Part shown: positions 10,040 through 19,605 of the stretch, piece by piece
Position numbering within the stretch: the stretch's first letter is position 1
How the letters are laid out: the number at the start of each line of letters is the position of its first letter
Source: an uncultured Gammaproteobacteria bacterium
GTDB lineage: Bacteria; Patescibacteriota; Patescibacteriia; JACQRZ01
Direction: 5' to 3'
DNA length: 64,000 nt
Assembly (NCBI GenBank): GCA_964621085.1
Contig: CAZUKY010000003.1
Location: 8,290 to 72,289 of the forward strand
The notes under the pieces: generated by a model
The model's input: the letters and a program-made list of their open reading frames with translations, nothing else
Told to the model about the DNA's origin: nothing
Databases searched by the model: none
Position numbers and translations under genes: made by a program

Positions 10040-11098
10040 ATGAAATCAGTTGTTTTTTATGAGCCGGGTAAATTTTTAGTGGAAGACAAGCCAATTCCAC
10101 CTGTAAAGGATGGCGAAGTGCTGCTAAAGGTTATATCGTGCGGTCTTTGCGGCACGGATTTAAAAATTTTCACGCATGGGCACCACGCGATCAAGCCACC
10201 CATTACTACTGGTCATGAGATAGTCGGTCAAGTTGTTGAATCGAAGTCGGACGATAAAAAAATTAAAGTCGGCGATAATGTTATTGTTGTTACTCCCGTA
10301 GGTTGCATGAAATGCAAGTATTGCTGGCAAAATAAACAAAATATGTGTCCCTGGGTCGCCAATGAAGTTCATTCCATTGGTTATTATTGTGATGGAGGCT
10401 TTGCGGAATATGTTGTAATCCCCAAAGAAGCGGTTGATCAAAAGGTCTTGATACATATTCCCGAGTCAGTTATAAAAATTGAAGATTTTGCCTTATGCGA
10501 ACCCTTGTCTTGCGTCATTAATGGACAGGATAAATTAAGGATTACACCCGAAGATACTGTAACAGTCATTGGGGCGGGGCCGATAGGTTGTATGCATGTT
10601 TTCTTGTCCCGCGCAAAAGGAGTGAAAAAGATCATTTTAGCCGACATTTCTAAAAATAAATTGGAGCTTGCGCGAAAGAATAACATTCCGGCAGATTTTT
10701 TTGTCGACTCCACCCAGACTAATCTAGTTGATTTTGTGCTTGAAGAAACTGGCGCGGCAGGATCGGACGTTACTATTGTTGCTGCACCTTCGGGAAAGGC
10801 ACAGGAGGATGCGGTTCAGCTCACCGCTATATTAGGAAGAATCTCCTTTTTTGCAGGATTACCGAAAAATAGTCCATCAATAAATTTTCCCAGCAACATT
10901 CTTCATTATCGCGAACAGGAATTATATGGCGCTTTTGCATCCAACCGTAAAAACTATGAGCAAGCCTTGTCATTGATTCTTAATGGTCAAATAGATGCTG
11001 AAAAGCTCGTTACCCATTACTTACCGCTAGAAAAAATACATGAGGCAGCTCATTTAGCGAAGACAGAGCATGCAATTAAAATTATTATCGTCCCTTAA
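10040..11098 (+). CDS. zinc-dependent MDR alcohol/polyol dehydrogenase (sorbitol/threonine dehydrogenase-like)
   Basis: CGLCGTDL, GHE, structural-zinc cysteines (CMKCKYC) and a GAGPIG Rossmann motif. Confidence 0.85.
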   Translation: MKSVVFYEPGKFLVEDKPIPPVKDGEVLLKVISCGLCGTDLKIFTHGHHAIKPPITTGHEIVGQVVESKSDDKKIKVGDNVIVVTPVGCMKCKYCWQNKQNMCPWVANEVHSIGYYCDGGFAEYVVIPKEAVDQKVLIHIPESVIKIEDFALCEPLSCVINGQDKLRITPEDTVTVIGAGPIGCMHVFLSRAKGVKKIILADISKNKLELARKNNIPADFFVDSTQTNLVDFVLEETGAAGSDVTIVAAPSGKAQEDAVQLTAILGRISFFAGLPKNSPSINFPSNILHYREQELYGAFASNRKNYEQALSLILNGQIDAEKLVTHYLPLEKIHEAAHLAKTEHAIKIIIVP

Positions 11099-11099
11099 G

Positions 11100-12155
11100 A
11101 TGTTAAAGTTGCCTATCACAGCTAAAGAATATTACTTAATCGAGCCCGGTGAATTTCAGGAAAAACAGAGTAATATTGAAGCGATACCATACGACCATAC
11201 CGTGCTTTCTCCTCTGGCGACAGCCATATGCGCTTCTGATTTGCAATATTATTATGGTGAAAAATCGCCAGAGAAATTGGCCAAGCGACTGCCTCTTATT
11301 TTATTGCATGAAGGCGTTTGTTTTGACCATTTGACGGGTATGCGAGTAGTGCCTGTGGCAGGTGATTTTCATAAAGTTCCGACAGAGTTCATAAATAAAG
11401 AAAATTTATGGCCAGATCTTCCCTATATGGGCGCGACTATGCATGGATTGGCAAGATCGCATCTACTTTATCCCAAAGACTTATTAATTCCCGCACCCGT
11501 CGGATTACCGGATGAAATAGCGTGTCTGACCGAGCCGGTCTCTATCGTTTTTAAGGCTGCGAAAGATATGAACTTAAAATTCACCGATCGAGTAGCTATT
11601 ATAGGAACCGGCGGCATTGCCTATTTATTGGCTCTAGTATTACGTTTTTATTATAATTTTCCTTTAGATAAGATTTCTATTTTCGGAATCAATAATTCTA
11701 AACTCAAATACTTTAAGGGATTGGCAGGAATGTATAATTACCAAGATGAAGAAAATCTAGATGATTTCAATGCAAAATTTGATGCGGTTTTTGAAGTTGT
11801 TGGCAGGAATAAAATTAAAGAAACAATAAAATTGGCATTCAATTTAATAAAACCAGGCGGCAAAATCGGAGTTATCGGACTTTCTGATCTGGATATGGAT
11901 TTACCTTCAAATAAATTAGTTAATCAGGGAATTTCCGTTGTGGGATTAAGTCGTTCCACTTTTATAGAATATCAGTTGGCGTTGAATTTTTTAAATCAAG
12001 AAGTGGTTCAACAATTAATCAAAGAAAAGATGGTAAACAAAAAATTATTTTTGATTGATTCAATTCATAAAATCAAAGAAGCTTTTGAATTCGCCAAACA
12101 GCCGGAACATTACGGCCGGATAATGTTAAAATGGCCGACGAATGTGAGTACGTAG
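11100..12155 (+). CDS. MDR-superfamily dehydrogenase-like protein (divergent)
   Basis: ICASDL, HEG and IGTGGIAYL Rossmann-like motifs. Immediately follows the Zn-ADH gene. Confidence 0.6.
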   Translation: MLKLPITAKEYYLIEPGEFQEKQSNIEAIPYDHTVLSPLATAICASDLQYYYGEKSPEKLAKRLPLILLHEGVCFDHLTGMRVVPVAGDFHKVPTEFINKENLWPDLPYMGATMHGLARSHLLYPKDLLIPAPVGLPDEIACLTEPVSIVFKAAKDMNLKFTDRVAIIGTGGIAYLLALVLRFYYNFPLDKISIFGINNSKLKYFKGLAGMYNYQDEENLDDFNAKFDAVFEVVGRNKIKETIKLAFNLIKPGGKIGVIGLSDLDMDLPSNKLVNQGISVVGLSRSTFIEYQLALNFLNQEVVQQLIKEKMVNKKLFLIDSIHKIKEAFEFAKQPEHYGRIMLKWPTNVST

Positions 12156-12180
12156 TATAACCAATCTTCATTATTTAAGT

Positions 12181-12504
12181 ATGAAAAAATTTTACCAAAG
12201 AGACATGGTGGGAGGATGGTTTGTCGGGAATTTTGAGCCGAGCGCGTTTAAAACCGCCAGCGCGGAAGTATGTTATAAGATTCACCCGAAGGGTGAAAAA
12301 TGGGACAAGCACTATCATCGGATAGCCACAGAAATCAATTTGATGGTGAGGGGGAAAATATCCATAAACGGCGAAATATTTAAACCTGGCGAAATATTTT
12401 TGATAGAACCAAATGAAATTGTCTCACCGGAATTTTTAGAAGATTGCGAATTGGTAGTTGTAAAAGTGCCGTCGGTTTCCGGCGATAAATACGTAGTTGA
12501 GTAA
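12181..12504 (+). CDS. cupin-domain protein
   Basis: 107 aa beta-barrel pattern (H..H..E..G, EIFLIEPNE) consistent with a cupin-2 fold. Confidence 0.55.
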   Translation: MKKFYQRDMVGGWFVGNFEPSAFKTASAEVCYKIHPKGEKWDKHYHRIATEINLMVRGKISINGEIFKPGEIFLIEPNEIVSPEFLEDCELVVVKVPSVSGDKYVVE

Positions 12505-12506
12505 AA

Positions 12507-13280
12507 ATGAATATGGAAATTTTTGCTCACCGCGGCTTGTTGAACGATTTTCCGGAAAATAGTTTAACGTCTCTGATCGGGGCATTCAAAGAAGGCTTTG
12601 GGATCGAGTTTGATCTGCGACTGACCAAAGATAACGACTTTATTATTATTCATGATGATAATTTTCAGCGGTTGACCGGGCAGGATATCGATGTTAAAAA
12701 CTTGACTTTGTCTCAGGTGAGAGAAATAAATTATATAAACTCCCAAGAAAAAATTATTTCCCTGGGAACATTATTGGAGGCGGTCAGGCTCGGTGATTTT
12801 AAAAAAAAATTGGCAATTCATTTAAAGGCTGACAGTCAAACAGAAGAAGGACTTGGCCTTTTGGCAAAATATATTCGGGAATTTAATTTATATGATCAGG
12901 CTTTTGCTTTCGATTTGACCCTGGAAAGCGCTAAGCTGTTGCGGCAAATTGATAAGAAAATTAAGACAGCTTTAATTGTTTCTGAATATAGGTTCGAACC
13001 GACAATTTTCCTTTGGGAAGAAGTTAAGCAGAAAGATTTTGACATTGTCTGGATGGCGGAATGGCGTAAATTTTATAGCTATGAATTAATTAATGAAATG
13101 AAGAGTGATGGCAAAATTGTTTATGCGATGTCACCGGATGTTCATAGGAGCCTTGGCCATCCTTTGGCTCGGGAAGGATTCGAAGAAACATGGAGAACAT
13201 TGATCGACTGGAATGTTGACGGTATTTGTACAGACCAACCTAAAAAATTAAGCTTATATTGTTCTCACGCAATAGTATGA
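12507..13280 (+). CDS. glycerophosphodiester phosphodiesterase (GDPD) family protein
   Basis: N-terminal FAHRG..ENS and EFDL motifs (GDPD catalytic His/Glu). Confidence 0.75.
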   Translation: MNMEIFAHRGLLNDFPENSLTSLIGAFKEGFGIEFDLRLTKDNDFIIIHDDNFQRLTGQDIDVKNLTLSQVREINYINSQEKIISLGTLLEAVRLGDFKKKLAIHLKADSQTEEGLGLLAKYIREFNLYDQAFAFDLTLESAKLLRQIDKKIKTALIVSEYRFEPTIFLWEEVKQKDFDIVWMAEWRKFYSYELINEMKSDGKIVYAMSPDVHRSLGHPLAREGFEETWRTLIDWNVDGICTDQPKKLSLYCSHAIV

Positions 13281-14014
13281 AAATCGTGGTACCAATGGCC
13301 GGGCGCGGGTCCAGATTTGCCAAAGCAGGCGTTACCGCCCCGAAACCTTTAATTGAAGTAAAGGGCAAGCCGATGATCCAATGGGCGATTGAAAGCATCA
13401 AGCTCATTTATCCTGACGCCAAAGACAACGATTTCATTTTTATCTGTCTTCAAGAACACGAGGATAATTACCAAATTGGAAATAAACTAAAAATGCTCGT
13501 CGGTCCGAATATTAATCTGATATATATTAATGAGGTGACCGATGGTGCTGCGTGTACAGTCTTAAAAGCCAAAGATTTAATAAACAATGAAGAAGACATG
13601 CTCACTTGTGATTGTGACCAGTTTTTTCGTTGTCCCCAATTCATTTCCTATCGCCAGCAAGCTTTGGAAAATAATTGGGGAGGGTTGATTCCAACGTCGG
13701 AAAAAAGCAGCCCCGCGTATTCATACATCCGGCTGGATGAAAAAGGCGATGCCGTAGAAACGGCGGAAAAAAAGCAAATTTCAACTCATGCGGCTATTGG
13801 CATTTACTACTTTACTCAAGGCCGAAAATTCGTTGCAGCGGCGGAAACAATGATTGAAAAAAATAAGCGAATTAATAATGAATTTTATCTGTGTCCCGTT
13901 TATAATGAGCTTATTGCGGAAAAAGAAATAGTTAAAATCGTACCCACTGATTTGTGGATGACCTTAGGGACACCTGATGAGGCAAAATATTTTGCGGAGA
14001 ACGTTCCGCAGTAA
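13277..14014 (+). CDS. sugar/alditol-phosphate nucleotidyltransferase (GT-A-like NTP-transferase fold)
   Basis: N-terminal KIVVPMAGRGSRF..KPL nucleotide-binding loop. ATGA overlap with the GDPD gene. Confidence 0.65.
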   Translation: MKIVVPMAGRGSRFAKAGVTAPKPLIEVKGKPMIQWAIESIKLIYPDAKDNDFIFICLQEHEDNYQIGNKLKMLVGPNINLIYINEVTDGAACTVLKAKDLINNEEDMLTCDCDQFFRCPQFISYRQQALENNWGGLIPTSEKSSPAYSYIRLDEKGDAVETAEKKQISTHAAIGIYYFTQGRKFVAAAETMIEKNKRINNEFYLCPVYNELIAEKEIVKIVPTDLWMTLGTPDEAKYFAENVPQ

Positions 14015-14029
14015 TTTCCTATATTTTTT

Positions 14030-15073
14030 ATGAGTGATGATCAGAAAAAGTTTTATCCAAAAGCGACGGTGATTACTTTGAATTATAACGGCAAGCATTT
14101 TTTGGAAAAGCATTACCAGACGCTTTTAAGTCAGACCTACCCAAATGCTAATTTTCTTTTTGTGGAGAACGGTTCAGTAGACGGATCGGAAGAGTTTGTC
14201 AGGGAAAATTTTCCCCAGGTCAAGATAGTTAAGATTGAAAAGAATGTCGGGCCGGTGATGGGCTATAACACCGGCGGATTTTCCGTTCAGGATTCAAAAT
14301 ACCTGGTTTTTATCGGTAACGACACTTGGCTGGATAGAGACTGGCTGAAAGAAATGATTGCCGTTGCCGAGAATGATGAAAATATCGCAATTTGTGGCGC
14401 GAGACAGATGAATTATGACGGAACTGTGGAAATGCACTGCGGCGGAGTAGGGCTGGATGTGCTCGGATATCCGACCGTGCCGAAAGACAAGATGAGCGAT
14501 TATTTTTACGTGGATGGCGTGAGTCTCCTAATCCGCAAAGATATTTTTCAGAAATTGGGGGGGTTTGACGGACGGTATTTTGTTTTTGCTGAAGAGGTGG
14601 ATTTGGCGTGGCGGGCTAGATTACTTGGCTATACTATTGCTATTGCCCCCAAAAGTGTTTTTTATCATGCACTCGGCGGCACCATCGGGAAATCCGGCTT
14701 GGATAAAAAAAAGGCTGGATCAAAAGAGCCTTATATAATGAGTGTGAACAAACGCTATTACGCAGAAAAAAACACATTGTGTACGATCTTAAAGAATTAC
14801 TCACTCACTCCTTTAGTGATAATATTACCGCTCTTTTTTCTGTTCAACCTTGCTGAAGCGATATATTTTTTGTTAACTGGCCACGTCAAGGCGGCGCTTG
14901 TCTATCCGCGCGCATGGTGGTGGAATTTAATGAATGGTAAGGAAACCTTTTTGCGCCGGCGTGAAGTTCAAAAGTCGCGAGTGGTTTCCGACAAGACAAT
15001 CGTATCTTTAATGTATAAAGGCTACGGCAAATTGAGGTCATTAAAAATAGTCGGAATGCCGAATGTTGAATAA
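14030..15073 (+). CDS. GT2-family glycosyltransferase
   Basis: TVITLNYNG, ENGSVDGS, a GNDTW motif, and a C-terminal hydrophobic region. Confidence 0.8.
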   Translation: MSDDQKKFYPKATVITLNYNGKHFLEKHYQTLLSQTYPNANFLFVENGSVDGSEEFVRENFPQVKIVKIEKNVGPVMGYNTGGFSVQDSKYLVFIGNDTWLDRDWLKEMIAVAENDENIAICGARQMNYDGTVEMHCGGVGLDVLGYPTVPKDKMSDYFYVDGVSLLIRKDIFQKLGGFDGRYFVFAEEVDLAWRARLLGYTIAIAPKSVFYHALGGTIGKSGLDKKKAGSKEPYIMSVNKRYYAEKNTLCTILKNYSLTPLVIILPLFFLFNLAEAIYFLLTGHVKAALVYPRAWWWNLMNGKETFLRRREVQKSRVVSDKTIVSLMYKGYGKLRSLKIVGMPNVE

Positions 15074-15074
15074 T

Positions 15075-15758
15075 ATGAAAATCGATCAAATAATTCTAGA
15101 CCAACAATCCAGATATTACGATACCAACTTTCGCATTGTCAGTAATAATCCCCGATTTAAAAAAGTTTGGAACTACATTATAAAAAATAATTTGAAAGGC
15201 AATTTATTAGATATTGGTTGCTGCAATGGAGAGTTTTGTCAACCGTTAATAGATCGTGGCGGCTATACGTGTTATGGCATGGATTCGGTATCGACTGAAT
15301 TATCTGAGGCACAAAAAAGAGGAGTTATCGTAACTCATGGAAGTTTTTTAGAGGAGTTTCCATACGAAGATAATTTTTTTGATATTATTTTTGCCGGGGA
15401 AGTAATCGAGCATACGATTGATGATAATATATTTTTGCGAGAATGTTCTCGTATAATGAAAAAAGGCGGTACTTTAATTTTAACTACCCCAAATTTAGTT
15501 TCATTGGGCAATCGTTTATTAATGTCTCTGGGTTTTTTGCCGCGCTTTGCCTATAATGAATTTCATTATCGAATTTATAATTTACGATTGCTAAAAAACA
15601 AGTTAAAAGCAGCAGGTTTTGAGGCAAAAAAAATAAGTTCCAGTCATGTTTTGATTTCGACAGTTTTCAATAAATATATTGGCATGATAGGGGAGTCATT
15701 AGGTGGACTGTTCCCGACACTTGGGGAGCAGTTTATTATTTTTGCGAAGAAAAAATGA
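15075..15758 (+). CDS. class I SAM-dependent methyltransferase
   Basis: LLDIGCCNGEF SAM motif followed by a Methyltransf_11-like core (IIFAGEVIEH). Confidence 0.7.
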   Translation: MKIDQIILDQQSRYYDTNFRIVSNNPRFKKVWNYIIKNNLKGNLLDIGCCNGEFCQPLIDRGGYTCYGMDSVSTELSEAQKRGVIVTHGSFLEEFPYEDNFFDIIFAGEVIEHTIDDNIFLRECSRIMKKGGTLILTTPNLVSLGNRLLMSLGFLPRFAYNEFHYRIYNLRLLKNKLKAAGFEAKKISSSHVLISTVFNKYIGMIGESLGGLFPTLGEQFIIFAKKK

Positions 15759-17953
15759 AATATTCTCTATTCATTTTGATAACTTTACTGGCCATCGGAA
15801 TCGCAACTCACTGGCAGTGGTTTTTTACGTTTGACCTCCTCACCGCAAAAGATTTCGGTTTTTGGTTAAATGAAACCGCTCGAGAATTTTTAAATTTTCC
15901 ATTAAGTTGGTGGAGTAAAGATGGGTTAGGTTGGACATATGACGTCCCTTCTGTTTACCCGTTCGTACTGTTATATGGAATTTTTGCTCACTTTAACGTA
16001 GAGTATGCAATTTATGAAAGGCTTATATTTGCGTGGCCGATCGTTATTGCTGGATCATTAGGTTCTTATTTACTTTTAAAAAAAATTTTACAATCTCCAG
16101 CCGGTATTTTGACCGGATATTTGGTATACAATTTCAATACATTTTTTTTGATCTTACAAACTAGTCATTGGACATTAGCGGCTACATATGCAGTTCTTCC
16201 GTTATACTTGTATTTATTTATTGATGCTTTAGAGAAAAAAAGTTGGTATTTGGGAATTCTTACTGGATTAGTTGGTTTTATAATTAGTTTTTTTGAATTT
16301 AGGCTTTTCTATCTCAGCATTTGGATTTTCTTATTTTATTTTTTGATAAATTATTTATTGAGAAATGCAAAAAATATTTTTTTTCAAATGAAAAGAATAT
16401 TAATGATGCTGATGGTATTTTTCATAGTTATCAGTTTGAACGCCTATTGGCTAATCAACTATATATACGGCAGCGGTCTAAAAGATGCGGTATTTTTGCA
16501 AAGAGGTTTGTGGGGCAACAGCTTTTTTAATTTGAGTGAATCTTTCACCTTGTTCCACCCATTCTGGACAGGCACTAACCCCTTAGATTTTGTAGTTCAA
16601 CCTATTCCTATATTTTTTTGGCTCATACCGATTTTTGCTTTCTTGGGCTTGATTACGAATATCAAAAACAGAACCATTCTTTTTTTTGGTTTAATAAGTC
16701 TCATAGGGATTCTTTTGTCAAAACAGGTGGCAAATCCGTGGCCGGATTTGTATCCTTGGCTTTTCGATCATTTTCCAGGATTTAATGCTTTTCGTGAGGC
16801 AAGCAAATTTTATTTGTTTACAGCCTTAGGATACAGTGTTTTAATCGGATCCTTTGTTGCTTGGCTCTGGAAAAATTGGAATGATACTAAATGGAAGGTT
16901 GCCGGGAAGTATGCGTTTACTATTTTAATTGTCGCAATTTTTTTGTGGAACTCAAAGCCCCTTGTTACGAGTGAAATCAGGACATTATTTGTACCTCGGC
17001 ATATTCCGAATGATTATCTTATTTTGAAAAATTTCATATTGCAGCAGCCGGGTTTCTTTAGAACTTTCTGGACTCCAAGAGAGTCGCGGTGGGCGATATA
17101 CACAAACGAAAAGCCAAAGATTGGCAATGTGGCGCTTGTTACTTTCGAATGGAAAGAGTTCGTTGCTTATAGTCAGCATGACGATCAATGGCCAGTTAAA
17201 AATCAAATTGTTGATATATTTAATAAAGAATTTTCCGATCAGTTATTTGATGTTTCTTCTATTAAATACATTATTCTTCCTATTCAAGATAATGCGAATG
17301 AAGATGATTTCTTTTATCATTACGGTGGAGTGGAAGATCCTGCCATCCGAGATTTCTATCTTCAAAAACTTGATGCAGCCCCTTTCTTAAAGCGGATTGA
17401 TATTGGCACGAAAGAATTGCTTGTTTACGAAAACGAAAACCATCGTCCTCATATATACACTACAGCTCAACTGGAAACAATTACTCAAGATATTCCCTTT
17501 ACGCAATCTGAACATTCACAAGTCAATTCAACACAGTATAGTGTTATATTAAAAAATATTTCACAACCGATATATATTAATTTTTCCGAAAGCTTCCATC
17601 CTGACTGGAAACTCCGCGTTGGTGATTTCAATTGGTATGATGTATTCAATAAAAATTACTTCCTCCCCGATGACTTCCACGTCAAAAACGACGCGATGTT
17701 AAATTCCTTCAAGATTGACCCTGACTATATTCGGACGCACTACCCACCGTCTGTCTATACAATCAACACCGATGGCAGTATTGATCTCGAACTGACGCTC
17801 TATTTCAAACCACAATCGTATTTTTATCTCGGTCTTATTATTAGTGTGACGACACTGATTGGATGCCTGCTCTGTCTAGTTTTTTTCTCCTTTCGCAGCG
17901 TGAGGGAAAAAATGCAGCAAAAGAAGCTCTTATCAGTACAAGGCAAGGTATGA
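15755..17953 (+). CDS. polytopic membrane protein, putative GT-C-fold glycosyltransferase/polymerase (AT-rich copy)
   Basis: 732 aa with about 12-14 N-terminal TM helices, a large extracytoplasmic C-terminal domain and a final TM anchor. Paralogous to the next gene (shared FREASKFY / MREPQKWV block). ATGA overlaps on both sides. Confidence 0.6.
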   Translation: MKYSLFILITLLAIGIATHWQWFFTFDLLTAKDFGFWLNETAREFLNFPLSWWSKDGLGWTYDVPSVYPFVLLYGIFAHFNVEYAIYERLIFAWPIVIAGSLGSYLLLKKILQSPAGILTGYLVYNFNTFFLILQTSHWTLAATYAVLPLYLYLFIDALEKKSWYLGILTGLVGFIISFFEFRLFYLSIWIFLFYFLINYLLRNAKNIFFQMKRILMMLMVFFIVISLNAYWLINYIYGSGLKDAVFLQRGLWGNSFFNLSESFTLFHPFWTGTNPLDFVVQPIPIFFWLIPIFAFLGLITNIKNRTILFFGLISLIGILLSKQVANPWPDLYPWLFDHFPGFNAFREASKFYLFTALGYSVLIGSFVAWLWKNWNDTKWKVAGKYAFTILIVAIFLWNSKPLVTSEIRTLFVPRHIPNDYLILKNFILQQPGFFRTFWTPRESRWAIYTNEKPKIGNVALVTFEWKEFVAYSQHDDQWPVKNQIVDIFNKEFSDQLFDVSSIKYIILPIQDNANEDDFFYHYGGVEDPAIRDFYLQKLDAAPFLKRIDIGTKELLVYENENHRPHIYTTAQLETITQDIPFTQSEHSQVNSTQYSVILKNISQPIYINFSESFHPDWKLRVGDFNWYDVFNKNYFLPDDFHVKNDAMLNSFKIDPDYIRTHYPPSVYTINTDGSIDLELTLYFKPQSYFYLGLIISVTTLIGCLLCLVFFSFRSVREKMQQKKLLSVQGKV

Positions 17954-19596
17954 GAGATAGATTTTTTCAAATAGGTATTAACTCTTTGCCGATTCTCACC
18001 ATTGTCGGTCCGTTGTTTGCGGTACCGGGTTATATTTTTTTGACCGACTTGGCATGGGGAGCACATATGCCTGTCGATTGGACGAACACCTGGTTCATGT
18101 TGGGACTCATTGCTCAAGGGCTTGGCATGGTACTGCCGCCAGACATTGTTCAGAAGCTCTATATTACTCTTTGCCTCGGGATCGCATTGTGGGGCGGACG
18201 CAAGGTCGCTTCACAGTTTCTTGTTGATTGGTGGCTCATCTGGATTGTGGGACTTTTTGCACTCTTTAATCCCTTTGTCTATGATCGCGCGATGTACGGG
18301 CAATTCGGCGTTATCATGGCCATGGGGTTGATGCTTGCAGGGGCCGGATTCCTTCTCGAATATATCCGCGAGCAGCGGTTGAGAAGTGTGGTTGCGGGCG
18401 GCATCTGTTTTGCTTTTGCAATCCAGTCATCGCCGCACTTCCTGTTTTTTATTGCGAGTATTGGACTTGCCGCTATTCCTCTCATACTCAGTCGTGTTGA
18501 AAACTGGAAAACGGGGTTGATCTCTTTGGCGAAGGCCTCGGCAGTTATCGTTGGTTTGACTCTCGTACTGAATGTAAATTGGATCGCTGCAGGAGTCATA
18601 GGTATCTCGGGTGCCGGAGATTTGGTAGGCGATGGTATTACAAAGCTGGATCTGGCCGCATTTCAAACATCAGGCAAGGATACGGGCGAGGTAGTAGCGA
18701 ATGTGGCGATGATGTCGGGATTTTGGGGTAAAGACCAGTTCCGCTATCGCGATCTGACGACGGTCGAGGGGAATTGGGGGCGCAGCTTTCTTCTCCTTGT
18801 TCCGCTGATGCTCTGGGGTTTGGTTGCGGCATTGAGAAGGGGAGGGCGCGAGCGGACGCTTGCGATTTCGCTCAGCATTCTATTTATTATTGCCCTCGTA
18901 TTGGCAGCGGGCATCCGTATTCCAATTGGCAAGGAAGTGACGCACTTCCTCTTTGATAATCTTCCTTTGTATAAAGGCATGCGCGAGCCCCAGAAATGGG
19001 TGAGCGTTATCGTGCTTGCGTATCTCGTCTTCCTTTCTTGGGGGATCAAGGAATTTTTTGCGCGCACGGTGATCGCACGCAATGACGCCATTATGAAAGC
19101 GATCATTGCCGGTGTTATCGTTATGCAGGCGCCATTTCTCCTTTTCGGCTTTGCCGGCCAAGCAAAGCCGACTCCGTATCCACAGGACTGGCATGAGGCA
19201 AATGAATTTATCTCGAATGAGTCGCAGTGTGCGGGCAGCATTCTTTTCTTGCCATGGCATAATTATATGAGTTTTTCATGGACGAATGGCATCGTCGCCA
19301 ATCCGGCCAATATGTTTTTCGACTGCCCAGTAATTCAGGGGAGCAACATGGAGTGGGCGGGTATTTACGATAATAGCAAGAACGCGACAAGTGCTGCGGT
19401 TGTCGCGTGGCTCCATGGCGGCAAGACGGACCTGCTGCGGAATGAAACGTTCAATATTCGGTATGTTATCCTTGCCAAGGAGCTGGATTGGAAGATGTAT
19501 CAGGGGATTGCGCTGCATCCCGATTTGGAGTTTGCAAAAGAGACGGAAACGCTTATCGTGTATCGAGTGAAGAAAGAGCGCGGCATAGCACAATAA
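17950..19596 (+). CDS. polytopic membrane protein, putative GT-C-fold glycosyltransferase/polymerase (GC-rich copy)
   Basis: Same architecture as the preceding gene but GC-rich. Start at MRDRFFQ overlaps the upstream stop (ATGA). Confidence 0.6.
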   Translation: MRDRFFQIGINSLPILTIVGPLFAVPGYIFLTDLAWGAHMPVDWTNTWFMLGLIAQGLGMVLPPDIVQKLYITLCLGIALWGGRKVASQFLVDWWLIWIVGLFALFNPFVYDRAMYGQFGVIMAMGLMLAGAGFLLEYIREQRLRSVVAGGICFAFAIQSSPHFLFFIASIGLAAIPLILSRVENWKTGLISLAKASAVIVGLTLVLNVNWIAAGVIGISGAGDLVGDGITKLDLAAFQTSGKDTGEVVANVAMMSGFWGKDQFRYRDLTTVEGNWGRSFLLLVPLMLWGLVAALRRGGRERTLAISLSILFIIALVLAAGIRIPIGKEVTHFLFDNLPLYKGMREPQKWVSVIVLAYLVFLSWGIKEFFARTVIARNDAIMKAIIAGVIVMQAPFLLFGFAGQAKPTPYPQDWHEANEFISNESQCAGSILFLPWHNYMSFSWTNGIVANPANMFFDCPVIQGSNMEWAGIYDNSKNATSAAVVAWLHGGKTDLLRNETFNIRYVILAKELDWKMYQGIALHPDLEFAKETETLIVYRVKKERGIAQ

Positions 19597-19605
19597 TCCT
19601 GATGT

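Larger units (their letters stand above)
7350..17950. other. low-GC gene block inserted in the glycan-biosynthesis locus (likely horizontally acquired)
   Basis: GC is visibly around 35-45% across about 10 co-directional genes, against about 60% for the flanking ugd, flippase and second GT-C-like genes. Confidence 0.5.
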
